Assembly (NCBI GenBank): GCA_963796455.1
Contig: CAWCLO010000006.1
Span: 192,001-256,000, forward strand
DNA length: 64,000 bases
Direction of reading: 5' to 3'
DNA from: Candidatus Sulfomarinibacteraceae bacterium
GTDB taxonomy: Bacteria > Acidobacteriota > Thermoanaerobaculia > Thermoanaerobaculales > Sulfomarinibacteraceae
This document shows, one piece after another, positions 61,992 to 64,000 of this stretch. Positions within the stretch are counted from its first letter, which is position 1. Each line of letters opens with the position of its first letter. The notes beneath the pieces are model-generated. The model was not told where the DNA came from. It did no database searches and worked only from the letters and a program-made list of their open reading frames with translations. The translations under genes and the position numbers were made by a program.

Positions 61992-63404
61992 ATGAGCGCA
62001 CCACAACAAGTCCTGATCGTCGAGGATCAGCCCCAGGTCGCCCGAGCCCTCGAGCTCGCCCTCGAGATCGAAGGCTTCGGCTCGATTTTGGCGACGCGGC
62101 CCGAAGAGGCGCTGACCCTCCTCGACCGCGAAACCGATGTCGCGCTCGTGATCCAGGACATGAACTTTTCGCCAGGGCAGACCTCGGGGAAAGAGGGTGT
62201 GGAGCTGTTCCGGCGCATGCATCGGCTGCGGCCGGAGTTGCCGATCATACTGGTCACTGCTTGGGGCAGCCTCGAAGTGGCGGTGAGCCTGATGCAGGAT
62301 GGCGCGGCGGACTATATCGAGAAACCGTGGAACGACGAGCGTCTGGCATCGAGCGTCCGGCGCCACCTCCGGCTGGCCGTGCTCAAGGCCGAGCGGGGCC
62401 GAACCGGCGACGGCGCGAAGTGGCTTCGCGACGAGCTCTCAGCAAGTGCAGACCTTTGCGGATTGGTGTACGCCAGCGAGGAGATGCACGAGGTGGTTTC
62501 GCTCGCGGTCAAGGTCGCCCGCGCCGATGTGCCGGTGTTGATCACTGGACCCAACGGCGCCGGCAAAGAGCGGGTCGCCGACCTCATCCAGGCGAACTCG
62601 AGCCGCAGCGCGCGGCCGTGGATCAAGGTCAACGCCGCCGCACTGCCCGCGGAGCTGATCGAAGCTGAGCTTTTCGGCGCCGAGGCGGGAGCCTACACCG
62701 GGGCCTCGCGGAGCCGCGTCGGGCGATTCGAGGCTGCCGACGGCGGCACCCTGCTGCTTGACGAAATCGCAGAGCTGCCGCCACCAGGCCAAACCAAGTT
62801 GCTGCGGGTCCTGCAATCCGGCGAACTCGCACGGCTCGGCAGCTCGACCACCCGGCAGGTCGATGTCAGGATCATCGCGGCCACCAACGCCGATCTGCAG
62901 CAGGCCCTCACTGAAGGCCGCATACGTGAGGACCTTCTTTATCGATTGAATGTGATCGAAATCGACATCCCCTCCCTCGCCGAACGGGAGGCTGATATCG
63001 AGCCGCTGGCCCGCCACTTCCTGGCTCGATACGGGATCGAAAGCGGGCGGCCGGAGCTCGAGTTCGGTGAGGAGGCGATGCGAGCCCTCGAGGTCTACTC
63101 GTGGCCCGGCAACGTGCGCGAGCTCGAGAACCGGATTCGTCGCGCCTGCCTCGTGGCGGCGGGGGACGAGATTGACTCCGTCGACTTCGGTTTTGGCGAT
63201 GAAACCGCCGAAGGCGCACCGAAATCTTCCGGACGGAGCAGCGAGCACGAGCGCATCGAGGCGGCCCTACGCTCGAGCGACGGTGTGGTCAGCCACGCCG
63301 CGAAATTGCTCGGAATCAGCCGGCAAGCCCTGTATCGCCGTATGGACCGGCTTGGAATTGTCATCGAACGGCGGCCCGGCCCGGCACCCTCGGACGACCG
63401 GTGA
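61992..63404 (+). CDS. sigma54-dependent response regulator (REC-AAA+-Fis HTH)
   Basis: VEDQ..QDMNF receiver; GPNGAGKE, ELFG..GAYTGA, LLDEI, WPGNVRELEN; AAKLLGISRQALYRRM. Confidence 0.95.
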   Translation: MSAPQQVLIVEDQPQVARALELALEIEGFGSILATRPEEALTLLDRETDVALVIQDMNFSPGQTSGKEGVELFRRMHRLRPELPIILVTAWGSLEVAVSLMQDGAADYIEKPWNDERLASSVRRHLRLAVLKAERGRTGDGAKWLRDELSASADLCGLVYASEEMHEVVSLAVKVARADVPVLITGPNGAGKERVADLIQANSSRSARPWIKVNAAALPAELIEAELFGAEAGAYTGASRSRVGRFEAADGGTLLLDEIAELPPPGQTKLLRVLQSGELARLGSSTTRQVDVRIIAATNADLQQALTEGRIREDLLYRLNVIEIDIPSLAEREADIEPLARHFLARYGIESGRPELEFGEEAMRALEVYSWPGNVRELENRIRRACLVAAGDEIDSVDFGFGDETAEGAPKSSGRSSEHERIEAALRSSDGVVSHAAKLLGISRQALYRRMDRLGIVIERRPGPAPSDDR

Positions 63405-64000
63405 CCGTTGGCCGCAGAGGGCGCTGGAGTGTCAGCGGTTTGGCCATGCTTTCGGCTGGCGCCGGGGTCGCGATGGGAGCCGGCATCGCCCTGTTGGCGC
63501 GATACCTTGGCTCCTCACTGTGGCTCGCCGCCGGGCTCGCAATCCTGATCGGCCTGCCGCTGGCGATGCTGCTCACGGCGCGGTTGTTTGCGCCCGTGGG
63601 CAAGGTGCTGAGCGCCCTCGAGGACGGCGTCGATGGCCTCCGCGGCGGCGATTTCAGCCTTCGTCTCGCGATCAATCGGACTGACGAGATCGGAAATTTG
63701 GTCGAGGTATACAACTCTCTCGGTGAACTGATGGGACGCGAGCGCCGCGACCTCCGCCAACGTGAGCTCATGCTCGCGTCGGTGCTCGAGGCGACGCCGA
63801 CCTCGGTTCTGCTGGTCAACCCGGTCGACCGGGTCCTGGTGGCCAACCGGGCGGCGAGAAACCTACTGGCCTCTGGCGGCCGGTTGGAAGGCCGGACCTT
63901 GGAGGAAGCCCTCGGTGACTGCCCACCGGATCTCCACCGCGAGCTTTCTGCGACGGGCGCCGGTGACGGCCTCGTAACGCTGCCCGCAGAGGACGGCCAG
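63401..64000 (+). CDS. Sensor histidine kinase, N-terminal part (2 TM, HAMP, PAS)
   Basis: Not in the ORF track; GTGA overlap with the regulator; GDFSLRLAINRTDEIGNLVEVYNSL HAMP, then SVLEATPTSVLLVN..ANRAA PAS; open to the edge. Confidence 0.85.
   Translation, partial: MTVGRRGRWSVSGLAMLSAGAGVAMGAGIALLARYLGSSLWLAAGLAILIGLPLAMLLTARLFAPVGKVLSALEDGVDGLRGGDFSLRLAINRTDEIGNLVEVYNSLGELMGRERRDLRQRELMLASVLEATPTSVLLVNPVDRVLVANRAARNLLASGGRLEGRTLEEALGDCPPDLHRELSATGAGDGLVTLPAEDGQ

Overview
GC-rich (roughly 60% or more, estimated by eye) bacterial window of mostly envelope and signalling genes. The content (ADOP-type permease, PadR, several Hanks Ser/Thr kinases, TPR proteins, DUF4388) suggests Acidobacteriota, possibly Thermoanaerobaculia-like; this is inference. 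About 45 CDS, including a tectonin-like secreted protein, a zinc-ribbon/ankyrin/ZU5 membrane cluster, an ExeM-like nuclease, an RND pump, a PadR operon with two MotA/ExbB-like genes, hydrolases (serine hydrolase, two amidases, S8, MBL, M48), fabV, AsmA, a racemase, a cytochrome c, DUF1846 and a sigma54-driven MacAB-like exporter with its two-component system. No rRNA, tRNA, CRISPR, integrase or transposase was seen. Six genes carry frameshifts (one also has an in-frame stop), probably long-read assembly errors. The most interesting non-annotated signal is two decayed copies (about 18.2-18.6 kb and 39.8-40.3 kb) of a cassette made of a conserved leader, a four-helix-bundle-like ORF remnant and complementary CAGCGACAG/CTGTCGCTG-rich flanks. 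The second copy sits between the halves of a palindromic REP-like repeat that recurs at 52.5-52.9 kb. Four good sigma54 promoter motifs and a tandem palindromic PadR operator candidate were also found.
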